This document shows, piece after piece, positions 9,510-16,876 of a stretch of 26,145 nucleotides of DNA. A program made the translations under genes and the position numbers. Origin of the DNA: a virus (Duplodnaviria; Caudoviricetes); IMG/VR virus record IMGVR_UViG_3300006879_000460, positions 1 through 26,145 of that record; one strand, given 5' to 3'. The notes under the pieces are model-generated. The model was not told where the DNA came from. It made no database searches and saw only the letters and a list, made by a program, of their open reading frames with translations. The stretch's first letter is position 1. Each line of letters starts with the position of its first letter.

Positions 9510-9536
9510 TGTGGAATAAAAAACCCGTCTTGTGAC
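9510..9536 (-). promoter_or_regulatory. Putative phage-sigma promoter (upstream of polA operon)
   Basis: GTCACA-N16-CCACA; the -35 element overlaps the upstream terminator hairpin. Confidence 0.8.
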
Positions 9537-9539
9537 GGG
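9518..9539 (-). terminator. Intrinsic terminator
   Basis: CCCGTC-ACAA-GACGGG followed by T6. Confidence 0.7.
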
Positions 9540-9553
9540 GACATAAAAATAAT

Positions 9554-9757
9554 TTAATCTTTATTGATTTCGAGTTTTGCGGTAAACAAAATTTGAAACA
9601 AAACAAATAAAGCGATTCCTTGTCCGATATCAATTTCGGGTAACGAAAATATATACGGCATAGTTCCGTTCCAAGCGTAAGAAATAATGAATCCAACAAG
9701 AATAAATAAAAACACGACAAGTAAAATTAAACCAATCAATTTCATTAATTCTTTCAA
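9554..9757 (-). CDS. Small membrane protein
   Basis: Two hydrophobic segments; TTG start 7 nt behind SD AAAGGGGG. Confidence 0.7.
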   Translation of the reverse strand: MKELMKLIGLILLVVFLFILVGFIISYAWNGTMPYIFSLPEIDIGQGIALFVLFQILFTAKLEINKD

Positions 9758-9809
9758 CTCGTAACCCCCTTTATTCGGGATAGAAGACGACATTTAAGTC
9801 GCCTATCCC

Positions 9810-10589
9810 TTAAAAATCGTCTGTTGGGTCGTCTTCAATAGGTTCGCCTTCGTCTTCATCTTTTTCCTCTTTCACGTCGATATCAAAGACGTCCTTGACT
9901 GGAAATCCTGCTTTTTGAAGTTCTTTCGCCTGTTCTTCGGTTGTACGTGCTTGAAGTGCTTCCTCGAACAATGAATCGGGAATTTCTTCACCGTCCCACT
10001 TGTCGAATGTCGGTTGAAGTTCTTTCATCTTCTTCGGCATAATCGGATTCAACGTATAAGTCGTATCTTGCTTTTCGCCCGTACGTTTGAACGTAAATGC
10101 CATGTCTTCAAGGTCGTCCGCATACTCGTCGATTGTCGCAATTAGTCCGTCGGCTTGGTTCTTTGTTGCGTCAAATACACGAAGCATTCCTTCGGGATTT
10201 CCGTCTTCACCTTCTTCCCCTTCTTCAAGGTCAACGAATGCAAAAAGAACACGTTTTTTCGCATACATGGAAGCCCATTCGGAAACTTCTTCGCCTTTCA
10301 TGTTTTTAACCGTATCAATCAAGCCGCCAACGTGTTCGCCGTCATAGTTCGCCGCTTCACACAATAAGCAACGTTCTCCCGCTACTTTGATACATGGTTG
10401 CGTAAAGATTCCGTTTGTAAAGTGTCCATGTGCTTTGTATGCGACATAATCGAATTTCGTCAGTACACGAACCCTTCGTGATTGTCCTGCTTTCAAACGA
10501 ATGAAAGCCTTCTTTAAATCAAGACCGCCGCCGCTGTTTCCTTCGATTGCCTTTTTGGCTTCGTCACCACGTCCCATAATGAATGACAT
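9810..10589 (-). CDS. Single-stranded DNA-binding protein (gp32-like)
   Basis: FIRLKAGQSRRVR, H..C..CLLC zinc site, FKRTGEKQDTTYTL, acidic tail ending DDPTDDF. Confidence 0.82.
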   Translation of the reverse strand: MSFIMGRGDEAKKAIEGNSGGGLDLKKAFIRLKAGQSRRVRVLTKFDYVAYKAHGHFTNGIFTQPCIKVAGERCLLCEAANYDGEHVGGLIDTVKNMKGEEVSEWASMYAKKRVLFAFVDLEEGEEGEDGNPEGMLRVFDATKNQADGLIATIDEYADDLEDMAFTFKRTGEKQDTTYTLNPIMPKKMKELQPTFDKWDGEEIPDSLFEEALQARTTEEQAKELQKAGFPVKDVFDIDVKEEKDEDEGEPIEDDPTDDF

Positions 10590-10651
10590 TCTACCGAACC
10601 CCCTATCGTTAAATATTTTGTTGTGGTCGATTGCATATCGACACCTTTATT

Positions 10652-10678
10652 TGTGGAACAATCTATTGATTTTGTGAC
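10652..10678 (-). promoter_or_regulatory. Putative phage-sigma promoter (upstream of ssb)
   Basis: GTCACA-N16-CCACA. Confidence 0.8.
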
Positions 10679-10688
10679 GCTTCAATAT

Positions 10689-10716
10689 AAAAAGTCCCGA
10701 AGATTATCGGGACTTT
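10689..10716 (-). terminator. Intrinsic terminator after sigma gene
   Basis: AAAGTCCCGA-TAATCT-TCGGGACTTTTT. Confidence 0.75.
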
Positions 10717-11396
10717 CTTTCGTCTATAAATTTCTTGAATGAAGCCTTCGAACGTTGAACTAATTTCCGCATTTTTGCGTTATTGCTATCCGCTTCACCC
10801 GTTGCAATTGCAAGGTCGTCACCTTCGTAACCTAGCGACATGTATCGAATTACATTTGAATATCTTTCATTTACTTTCGAAAATTCTTCAATGATTGCTT
10901 GTTCGTCATATAGGTCAAGATATTCTTTTTCGGCGGAATCTGTATCGCCAAGAACGATATCCGCCATTGTTTTGTCGTCTTCGGAATCTCCACCGCCGAC
11001 TTTACGGTCTAACGAATCCCAACGTGCGGAATCGTATGAAATTCCGTCTTTATCCGAAGAATCACCTTTTGATTTGTATTGACGCCATGTGTGCGTTTCT
11101 GCAAATCGGAATCGACGAATAACAATATTCTTGAAAGTTGAACCGCCAATTTCATATGCTTCAATTGATTCCCATAGGTATTGCATAAATCGTGATTCGA
11201 AGTCTTCTTTCGGAATAAACAATCCGTAATTTTTTGCGTTTTCGAATGCGTTATCTATACATGCGATAGTGTAAATTTTCATGTAGTCAAAAATATCTTC
11301 CATAAGCAATTCCTTTTTCAGTTTGTCAGTTTCCTTTGCATAAGTAGCAACCATTTCCTCAACATTCGTCCAAAGTGTATTGTTACTTTTCGCCAT
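10704..11396 (-). CDS. Phage RNA polymerase sigma-70 family factor (SigH-like architecture)
   Basis: Region 2-like EDFESRFMQYLWESIEAY...TFKNIVIRR; SLDRKV...DKTMADIV linker; region 4-like VIRYMSLGYEGDDLA...LVQRSKASFKKFI. Confidence 0.8.
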   Translation of the reverse strand: MAKSNNTLWTNVEEMVATYAKETDKLKKELLMEDIFDYMKIYTIACIDNAFENAKNYGLFIPKEDFESRFMQYLWESIEAYEIGGSTFKNIVIRRFRFAETHTWRQYKSKGDSSDKDGISYDSARWDSLDRKVGGGDSEDDKTMADIVLGDTDSAEKEYLDLYDEQAIIEEFSKVNERYSNVIRYMSLGYEGDDLAIATGEADSNNAKMRKLVQRSKASFKKFIDERKSR

Positions 11397-11431
11397 CTTG
11401 AATTTCCCCTTTCAAATCGTTTGTTCCGAAA

Positions 11432-11458
11432 TGTGGTTCGGAAGTTTACGTTTGTGAC
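11432..11458 (-). promoter_or_regulatory. Putative phage-sigma promoter of the sigma gene itself
   Basis: GTCACA-N16-CCACA; its -10 sits in the centre of the inverted repeat TTCCGAA-N6-TTCGGAA (11424-11443). Confidence 0.75.
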
Positions 11459-11518
11459 ACGTAAGGAGAAATTTCTCGAAAAAGTTCTGTCGCTCATATG
11501 AACGGTCAAGCATTTTTG

Positions 11519-11532
11519 TGTAAGCGTTGTCA
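11519..11532. promoter_or_regulatory. cre site (CcpA operator)
   Basis: TGTAAGCGTTGTCA fully matches the consensus TGWAANCGNTNWCA. Confidence 0.7.
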
Positions 11533-11765
11533 TCGTATTTTTGTAAACATGTAAACAAACTGTCCATGACTAAAAAACGTCATATTTTACCACCACGTTT
11601 GATTTGAGCCTAATTTGATTATTAAATTCTAATTGGATTGATATCTTTTAAAGAATGCCCGACTTACTTACTTGAAGAAAATAATGCGAGAAGAACTTTT
11701 TGTAGGAAAATCCTCTTACGTATAAACGTATTCTTGTAAACTTGTTTACATTTAATCTAAAATTT

Positions 11766-11792
11766 TTAGCACTCGATATCTGTGAGTGATAA
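11766..11792. promoter_or_regulatory. CIRCE element (HrcA operator)
   Basis: TTAGCACTC-GATATCTGT-GAGTGATAA versus consensus TTAGCACTC-N9-GAGTGCTAA: 17 of 18 matches. Confidence 0.88.
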
Positions 11793-11802
11793 TTACAATT
11801 AT

Positions 11803-11831
11803 ATTGTACGACGAATTCGTAAACTTGTAAA
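11803..11831 (-). promoter_or_regulatory. Host sigmaA promoter driving the sigma gene
   Basis: TTTACA-N17-TACAAT, just downstream of the primase terminator. Confidence 0.75.
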
Positions 11832-11869
11832 CATGTTTTCGGTATTTTCTTTGTGAAATCTTTTTGAAC

Positions 11870-11902
11870 AAAAAAAAAGACGCCTTACCATTGGAAGACG
11901 TC
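11870..11902 (-). terminator. Intrinsic terminator at end of primase
   Basis: GACGTCTT-CCAATGGT-AAGGCGTC followed by T9. Confidence 0.8.
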
Positions 11903-12826
11903 AACATTTCGAGTATTCAATTTTTCTATTACATTTCGGGCGTCATTGATATCGTTATATTCCCAACCGTCCCAAACAACTTCTTTAAGGTCAACTATTC
12001 CTGCAAGTGCTTCGACAATGGAACGCTTTGCCTTACGACCGTCTTTGTCATTATCTGTTGCAATGACCGCCGATTCAATTCCCGATTTCAATATAATGTT
12101 TCGTTTCGCCTTTGAAAGGTACGAAGTCCCAATTGCAACGGCGGGAATACCTTCCGCCCATAACGTCAAGGCGTCAATTTCCGCTTCAACAATCCAAACA
12201 TGCTTTGCTTTCTTTCGTACAACCCAATGAATCCCGTACAAATGGTTTCGAATAGGTTGTCCGCCCTTCACGTACCAAAACAATTTATTATGAACGTGTC
12301 TATGCTTCCAAGACACGATATTTCCGTTCATATCATGCCAAACAAGAACGACCGACTTTGTTGAAGGGTCGTAACCAACGTCAAACGCCCGTTGAACATT
12401 GAACGGAATTCCCCTTCGCTCCAAATACGGGTGTTTATACAAATACGGCTTCAATTCGCTTCTATCGAATACTTTGTCGTTCCTGTCGTCTTGAATCCAG
12501 TCCTCTATATTCGGAAGTTCCATGCGTCCAATTTCACCGAATTGTGGGGAATATAACGAAAGAAGATATTCTTCCGCTTCTTCGTAGGATATCCGACGTA
12601 AGAACGAAAGTAATTTAACGAAATTTCCCTTTCGCCATTCACCGTCACCGCCCGAATCAATCCAAGTACCGTTTTCGAAGTTTACCGCAAAGGAAGGCGT
12701 CTTTTCATCACGGAAAGGCGAACACGCAATCAAACGGTCGCCCTTCCAATTTGCTCGTTGCCATTCGTATTCTTCGATTTCCGCCTTGACGTCAACGGGC
12801 AATTCAATTCCACGAACACGAATCAA
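11885..12826 (-). CDS. DNA primase (DnaG-like TOPRIM)
   Basis: CSPFRDEKTPSF, YLERRGI, VEAEIDA, ATDNDKDG. Confidence 0.92.
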   Translation of the reverse strand: MIRVRGIELPVDVKAEIEEYEWQRANWKGDRLIACSPFRDEKTPSFAVNFENGTWIDSGGDGEWRKGNFVKLLSFLRRISYEEAEEYLLSLYSPQFGEIGRMELPNIEDWIQDDRNDKVFDRSELKPYLYKHPYLERRGIPFNVQRAFDVGYDPSTKSVVLVWHDMNGNIVSWKHRHVHNKLFWYVKGGQPIRNHLYGIHWVVRKKAKHVWIVEAEIDALTLWAEGIPAVAIGTSYLSKAKRNIILKSGIESAVIATDNDKDGRKAKRSIVEALAGIVDLKEVVWDGWEYNDINDARNVIEKLNTRNVDVFQW

Positions 12827-13008
12827 TATTGACCGCCCCTTTCGTATTCGTACAATGCGTCCCGAATCAATCGAATTTCTCGTTCATATTCGTAGGCTTT
12901 CGGATAGTCACCACGTCCGTAAGCGTCCTTATAAAGCATTACATATTCAATTTCCAATTCTTCAAGTTCAACATAACCACGACCACGGTATTTATTATTT
13001 ATAGTCAT
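12823..13008 (-). CDS. Hypothetical protein
   Basis: 61 aa with SD AGGGGGA; overlaps the primase start. Confidence 0.65.
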   Translation of the reverse strand: MTINNKYRGRGYVELEELEIEYVMLYKDAYGRGDYPKAYEYEREIRLIRDALYEYERGGQY

Positions 13009-13022
13009 TTCCGATTCCCCCT

Positions 13023-14279
13023 TTAAAACAAGTCGGTCAATTGTGGTTCTTCGATAAACCCAAGATTGAAATTACAATGCAACGGAATTGTCTTCCCGAC
13101 GATAGGTTCACGGGCTTTCCCGACAAGTAATTCGCCCACCCCGTCGTTTTGGTCAAACGTCAATACCATTGCAGGGTCTTGAATTAATGCGATAGATTCC
13201 GAATATGCGTCAATCGGTGGGGCTTTTACTATCCTTGCCCCTGTTTCTTCGTCAAACTCTTTGTTTTCCTTCTCCGCATTATTGTTCACTTGATGTGTTA
13301 TGACCCCAAGAACGTTATGCCTTGCGAATAATTGACGTAATCGACGTGAAGTTGTGGTCATAGCGTTTCGGTCGTTCTGCCGTCCGTGATTCATAAGGTT
13401 GAATCCGTCAATGACGACAACTTCCATGTCGGGATTCTGCTCAAGGTCTGCTTCGATAACCTCAAGCGATAGCCCCTTCGGTAAATCTTCCATTGTCTTT
13501 ATAAGCAATTTCGGTTTTTCTTCGTCCGTCAAATCGTATTGCTCCAAGTATTCGAAATACTCGTCTTCATTTTCCAATTCACCACGTCGAAGTTGGGCGT
13601 TGTTGAAATGTGCGTCCAACGTTTCAAATCGGCTTTGCTGTTGCTTTTGTGATAGTTCGGGTGAATAATATAGCACGGATTTTTTCTGCCGCTTCCATGC
13701 GTATAGACCAATATCCGAAGAAATCCAAGATTTCCCTCGATTCGTGTATGCCATAATTAAAAGATAGTCACCGATTTCGCATTGTAATTCACCGTATGGA
13801 AGGTCAACATATTGTTCTGAACGTTTTTCCTTCGATTCTATATATCGTTCTTTTCGTTCCTGTCCGTTGGTTGCGAAGTCAACACCGACTGAAAAATCGG
13901 TTGATGTTTCCTTTTCAATCTTGTCAAATTCTCTTTTTATCCACGAAACAAATTCGTCGCCCTTGCTTCCTACTTCCTTAAATTTATCACGGGCTTTTGT
14001 CGCTATTAATTCGAAAGAACGTCGCTTTGCCGCCGTCTGCTTCAATCTCGTTGCTAAACCGTTAAATGGTTCATGCACGGCTTCCATATATTCAAATTCG
14101 GGAAATTCCGAAGCAACCGTTTCGACGTCGGGCGTTGAACCGTGATTCTTTCGATATTCAACAATGAAGTCAAATACTTCGCCATTCCGTTCAAAGTCCT
14201 TCGCATTGACATTGTATTTTAATACGGAATGGACGTTATTCTCGTCCAACATTTTCGAAATAATTTGTTCTTCAATCAC
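13023..14279 (-). CDS. Replicative DNA helicase (DnaB-like)
   Basis: AYTNRGKS Walker A, YYSPE, VVIDGFNLM, THQVN, ESIALIQD, KAR. Confidence 0.9.
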   Translation of the reverse strand: MIEEQIISKMLDENNVHSVLKYNVNAKDFERNGEVFDFIVEYRKNHGSTPDVETVASEFPEFEYMEAVHEPFNGLATRLKQTAAKRRSFELIATKARDKFKEVGSKGDEFVSWIKREFDKIEKETSTDFSVGVDFATNGQERKERYIESKEKRSEQYVDLPYGELQCEIGDYLLIMAYTNRGKSWISSDIGLYAWKRQKKSVLYYSPELSQKQQQSRFETLDAHFNNAQLRRGELENEDEYFEYLEQYDLTDEEKPKLLIKTMEDLPKGLSLEVIEADLEQNPDMEVVVIDGFNLMNHGRQNDRNAMTTTSRRLRQLFARHNVLGVITHQVNNNAEKENKEFDEETGARIVKAPPIDAYSESIALIQDPAMVLTFDQNDGVGELLVGKAREPIVGKTIPLHCNFNLGFIEEPQLTDLF

Positions 14280-14301
14280 GAAGATGAACCCCCTTCATCT
14301 T

Positions 14302-15021
14302 TTACAAGAATTTCCTTCGGTTGTCTTTTCCTTTGAACGGGATTGCGAACGTCATTCCTTCGATTCTTGAAAGTATTTGTTCCGACATATCTAGTTCGTC
14401 AAGTGGTACGTTCGAAGTAAATATCGTCGCCCTTTCATTCGTGTCCCGTTCGTCAATAATTTCATAAACTTCATTTTGAAGTGATTCGGTCAATCCTCGA
14501 AGACCGATATCGTCCAACACCAACAAATCCGATTTCATCATTTTTTGCTTTACGGTCTGGTATTTGTCGCCATTCGTTGCTTGCGAATCGTTTGACCCTC
14601 GAAACTGTGAATTAAAGACGTTTTGAAACTTTGCCATTTTCATAAAGAATGCAGGTGCTTCGTGAATTGGTTTTTCCCGCTTCAATTCCAAGACGATTCG
14701 TTGACGTAAATATTCATGTATAAGTGCCGTTGCCGCTGTCGTCTTCCCTGTGCCCGTTCCTTTCGGGTTCTCTTTCGAAGGTACGCCAAATAAATAAAGT
14801 CCAAGACCTTCGTCAACGATTTCGACAATATTTCGACCGTATTTCTGTATGATTGCAAATGCTTTCGGATTTTCCTTTTCGAATGGAAGGTTTTCTATTG
14901 AAGATTCTCGATATTTTTTCGGGATAGCGGCGACGGATAGTAGACCACCGTCACCGTTTTCCCCAAACATTCTCGTATTGGGGTATCGCCCCTTTTGATA
15001 AAACGCTTCGTATCGTTGCAT
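14302..15021 (-). CDS. DnaC/IstB-like AAA+ helicase loader
   Basis: GTGKTT, LLVLDDIG, IIDERDTNERATIFTSN, RIEGM. Confidence 0.9.
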   Translation of the reverse strand: MQRYEAFYQKGRYPNTRMFGENGDGGLLSVAAIPKKYRESSIENLPFEKENPKAFAIIQKYGRNIVEIVDEGLGLYLFGVPSKENPKGTGTGKTTAATALIHEYLRQRIVLELKREKPIHEAPAFFMKMAKFQNVFNSQFRGSNDSQATNGDKYQTVKQKMMKSDLLVLDDIGLRGLTESLQNEVYEIIDERDTNERATIFTSNVPLDELDMSEQILSRIEGMTFAIPFKGKDNRRKFL

Positions 15022-15057
15022 GAAGTGTGAACCCCCTCGATTCGTTTGTTAAATCAT

Positions 15058-15399
15058 TTACAAGAAGAATACGCCGTCAATTGAAATTTCCTCCCCAGCA
15101 TAACCGTGGCGACTTCTTACTTCTTCGGGTGAAGGCATTGGTAGTTCGAAAAAGTCATATTGATGTGCGACCAACCCTTGAATGAATTCGTCCTTTGCAA
15201 TAATTCCGTCCGCTCCAATTTCTTCATTTGGTTTGAAAATCTCGTCCGCTACCTCGTAAGCAAATTTTTCAGTTTCTTGAACAATTGCAACCTTTTCTTC
15301 AAACGTTTCCGCTAACTCAAAACGTTCCATTGTTTGAACCTCTTTCATTTTCTCGACCATCTTACTTCCAACAACTACTGATAAAATTAATGAATCCAT
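15058..15399 (-). CDS. Hypothetical protein
   Basis: ATG 15399 behind SD GAGGGGGA; acidic 113 aa protein. Confidence 0.7.
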   Translation of the reverse strand: MDSLILSVVVGSKMVEKMKEVQTMERFELAETFEEKVAIVQETEKFAYEVADEIFKPNEEIGADGIIAKDEFIQGLVAHQYDFFELPMPSPEEVRSRHGYAGEEISIDGVFFL

Positions 15400-15464
15400 T
15401 TTTAAATTCCCCCTCGAATTTTTTCGTTTTGGTTGTAAGCCTTTTTGCAACTTACACCGTAATT

Positions 15465-15491
15465 TGTGGTCGGTTTGATTTCAGATGTGAC
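15465..15491 (-). promoter_or_regulatory. Putative phage-sigma promoter (loader/helicase/primase operon)
   Basis: GTCACA-N16-CCACA. Confidence 0.8.
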
Positions 15492-15508
15492 ACGTTCAAA
15501 AATTATTT

Positions 15509-16300
15509 TTAAATTTCATTCAACAATCTTTGGAAATGGTCGTCATTCATTTCGTATTTCTTCGAAGCCGCTTCCGCTTTTTCCGATTCTTCTTTACGTT
15601 GTTCGGCTACCGCTAATGCTTCGTTTGCTAACCACGTACAAAGTTGACCGATTGAAGGGCGTGGAAATCTAGGGTTAGCCCAACGTTTGTCATATTCGCC
15701 AACTGCAACGTCGATAATCGTTTTGATTTGTGAATCCGTAAAGTTCGACAATAGTTTATTTTTAATCATTGATTGGTCACGACCCCAATTCGGTTGATAA
15801 GCAACGTTATACTTGTCGAAGTAACTTTGTCGGAAGTAGTCCAGTACGTCCCTAGCATTGCTAAATAGACTATTATCTTCTTCTATTTGGTTCTTCTTAG
15901 ATATTAGTTCTTCTTCTTGTAACGTCGTGGTTACAACCCCACTTCCCGAATCCGTTACAACCCTATTCGATTTTGTTACAACCCCCTGTCCGAACCAAAA
16001 CCCTGATTTCGGCGTTAGGATATACTTATTACGACGACCTTTTGACGTATTTTCTTGTGTAACAATTAGGACGGGTTCTTCGTCAATCCGAACTTCCCGA
16101 AGTCTTTTGATATAATCGTTGACCGTCTTACGTGAATAACCGACCATTTTAGCGATAACTTCTTGACTAGGATAAGATTCGCCGTTTTCGTTAGCAAAGG
16201 ACGCAATAGCAGCAAGAACGGAAAAATGCTTTACTCCACCCACCTTTTTAATCAACCCGTTGCGGACATCTTCAACGTTCATTTTTACGAAGTAATTCAT
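15509..16300 (-). CDS. Replication initiator protein (N-terminal wHTH, lambda O-like organisation)
   Basis: SYPSQEVIAKMVGYSRKTVNDYIKRL HTH; internal DNA repeats in the linker; upstream of loader and helicase; start ATG 16300. Confidence 0.85.
   Translation of the reverse strand: MNYFVKMNVEDVRNGLIKKVGGVKHFSVLAAIASFANENGESYPSQEVIAKMVGYSRKTVNDYIKRLREVRIDEEPVLIVTQENTSKGRRNKYILTPKSGFWFGQGVVTKSNRVVTDSGSGVVTTTLQEEELISKKNQIEEDNSLFSNARDVLDYFRQSYFDKYNVAYQPNWGRDQSMIKNKLLSNFTDSQIKTIIDVAVGEYDKRWANPRFPRPSIGQLCTWLANEALAVAEQRKEESEKAEAASKKYEMNDDHFQRLLNEI
15917..15987. repeat. Putative origin iterons GTTACAACCC
   Basis: Direct copies at 15930, 15954 and 15975 plus an inverted half copy at 15917-15923, all inside rep. 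Confidence 0.8.
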
Positions 16301-16330
16301 TGATAAACCCCCTATAAATATTTGTAAGAC

Positions 16331-16357
16331 GTCACAAATGACGGGGGTTTGACCACA
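16331..16357 (+). promoter_or_regulatory. Phage-sigma-type promoter in antisense orientation in rep leader
   Basis: The only plus-strand copy of GTCACA-N16-CCACA. Confidence 0.7.
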
Positions 16358-16364
16358 TATAATG

Positions 16365-16440
16365 ACGTGAACCAAACCCTCGTTATTCGCTTATCTTCCG
16401 AATAGGGAAATCGAACCCCGTTCCCTGTTCGGTTGTCTTC
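16365..16440 (+). ncRNA. Putative antisense RNA to rep leader
   Basis: Downstream of the plus-strand promoter; contains the hairpin CCGAATAGGGAA-N11-TTCCCTGTTCGG; ends approximate. Confidence 0.5.
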
Positions 16441-16451
16441 GCATTGTAAAC

Positions 16452-16478
16452 TGTGGGTTACAACCCCCTAAATGTGAC
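16452..16478 (-). promoter_or_regulatory. Putative phage-sigma promoter of rep, with an iteron in its spacer
   Basis: GTCACA-N16-CCACA; the spacer contains GTTACAACCCCCT, identical to 15975-15987. Confidence 0.78.
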
Positions 16479-16493
16479 ACTTGAATAATTTTA

Positions 16494-16542
16494 TTTACAA
16501 AAGAACGTTTGTTTGATATTATGGTTATGGAACGTATGTTCT
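16494..16542 (+). promoter_or_regulatory. SigmaA promoter with two LexA (SOS/Cheo) boxes
   Basis: TTTACA-N17-TATTAT with extended TG; boxes AGAAC-GTTT-GTTTG (16502-16515) and GGAAC-GTAT-GTTCT (16529-16542). Confidence 0.8.
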
Positions 16543-16552
16543 AGTGAAGGCG

Positions 16553-16596
16553 AAAAAAAAAGACGGACAATCCGATTGATTTTCGGAAAGTCCGTC
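16553..16596 (-). terminator. Intrinsic terminator of RHH gene
   Basis: GACGGAC...GTCCGTC stem followed by T9 on the minus strand. Confidence 0.8.
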
Positions 16597-16608
16597 GATT
16601 CAGCCTAA

Positions 16609-16803
16609 TTATTTTTCGTCTTCACGCCATAGTCTTAATAATGCTTCATACGCTTCTTGTTCTTCTTTTGTAAGTGATTGTTCCTTGTTAGTGATAAGTT
16701 CGGATAGCATATTCGCTCCGTCAATATTCAGTACAGTAGATAACGCCTTAAACCTACTTATTACATTAGGTTCTACACGGATAGAAAACGGTTTTTTAGC
16801 CAA
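16609..16803 (-). CDS. Small ribbon-helix-helix (CopG/Arc-like) DNA-binding protein, candidate repressor
   Basis: KKPFSIRV strand followed by two helices (EPNVISRFKALSTVL-NI-DGANMLSELI); TTG start behind GAAAGGG (alternative ATG at 16836); has its own promoter and terminator. Confidence 0.65.
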   Translation of the reverse strand: MAKKPFSIRVEPNVISRFKALSTVLNIDGANMLSELITNKEQSLTKEEQEAYEALLRLWREDEK

Positions 16804-16847
16804 CTTTTCATTCAACCCTTTCAATAAATAAAACATTCTTTACATAT

Positions 16848-16876
16848 ATTATATTATAACACTTCACATATGTAAA
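16848..16876 (-). promoter_or_regulatory. SigmaA promoter of RHH gene overlapped by a TGTAAAC operator
   Basis: TTTACA-N17-TATAAT; TGTAAACAAGTATACG at 16871-16886 covers the -35. Confidence 0.8.

Larger units (their letters stand above)
11542..11841. repeat. TGTAAAC operator-like repeats (11542, 11735, 11818-11841)
   Basis: TGTAAACATGTAAACA; TGTAAACTTGTTTACA (palindrome); CGTAAACTTGTAAACATGTTTTCG; related copy at 16871. Confidence 0.65.

Noticed and set aside
10622-10642. Extra TGTGG as a tenth sigma promoter
   Set aside because: No TGTGAC at the 16-nt spacing; the region is a GTCGAT/ATCGAC hairpin in the ssb leader.
11468-11487. Possible CodY box
   Set aside because: About five mismatches to AATTTTCWGAAAATT.
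11318-11533. 71-aa ORF overlapping the sigma gene start
   Set aside because: No SD, and it overlaps promoter and operator elements and the sigma CDS.
11735-11750. TGTAAACTTGTTTACA as a TnrA/GlnR, WalR or PhoP box
   Set aside because: Spacing is wrong: TnrA/GlnR needs TGTNA-N7-TNACA (here N6), and WalR/PhoP repeats need about N5 (here N2).
11851-11868. Possible Rex operator TTGTGAA...
   Set aside because: Only one half-site matches.
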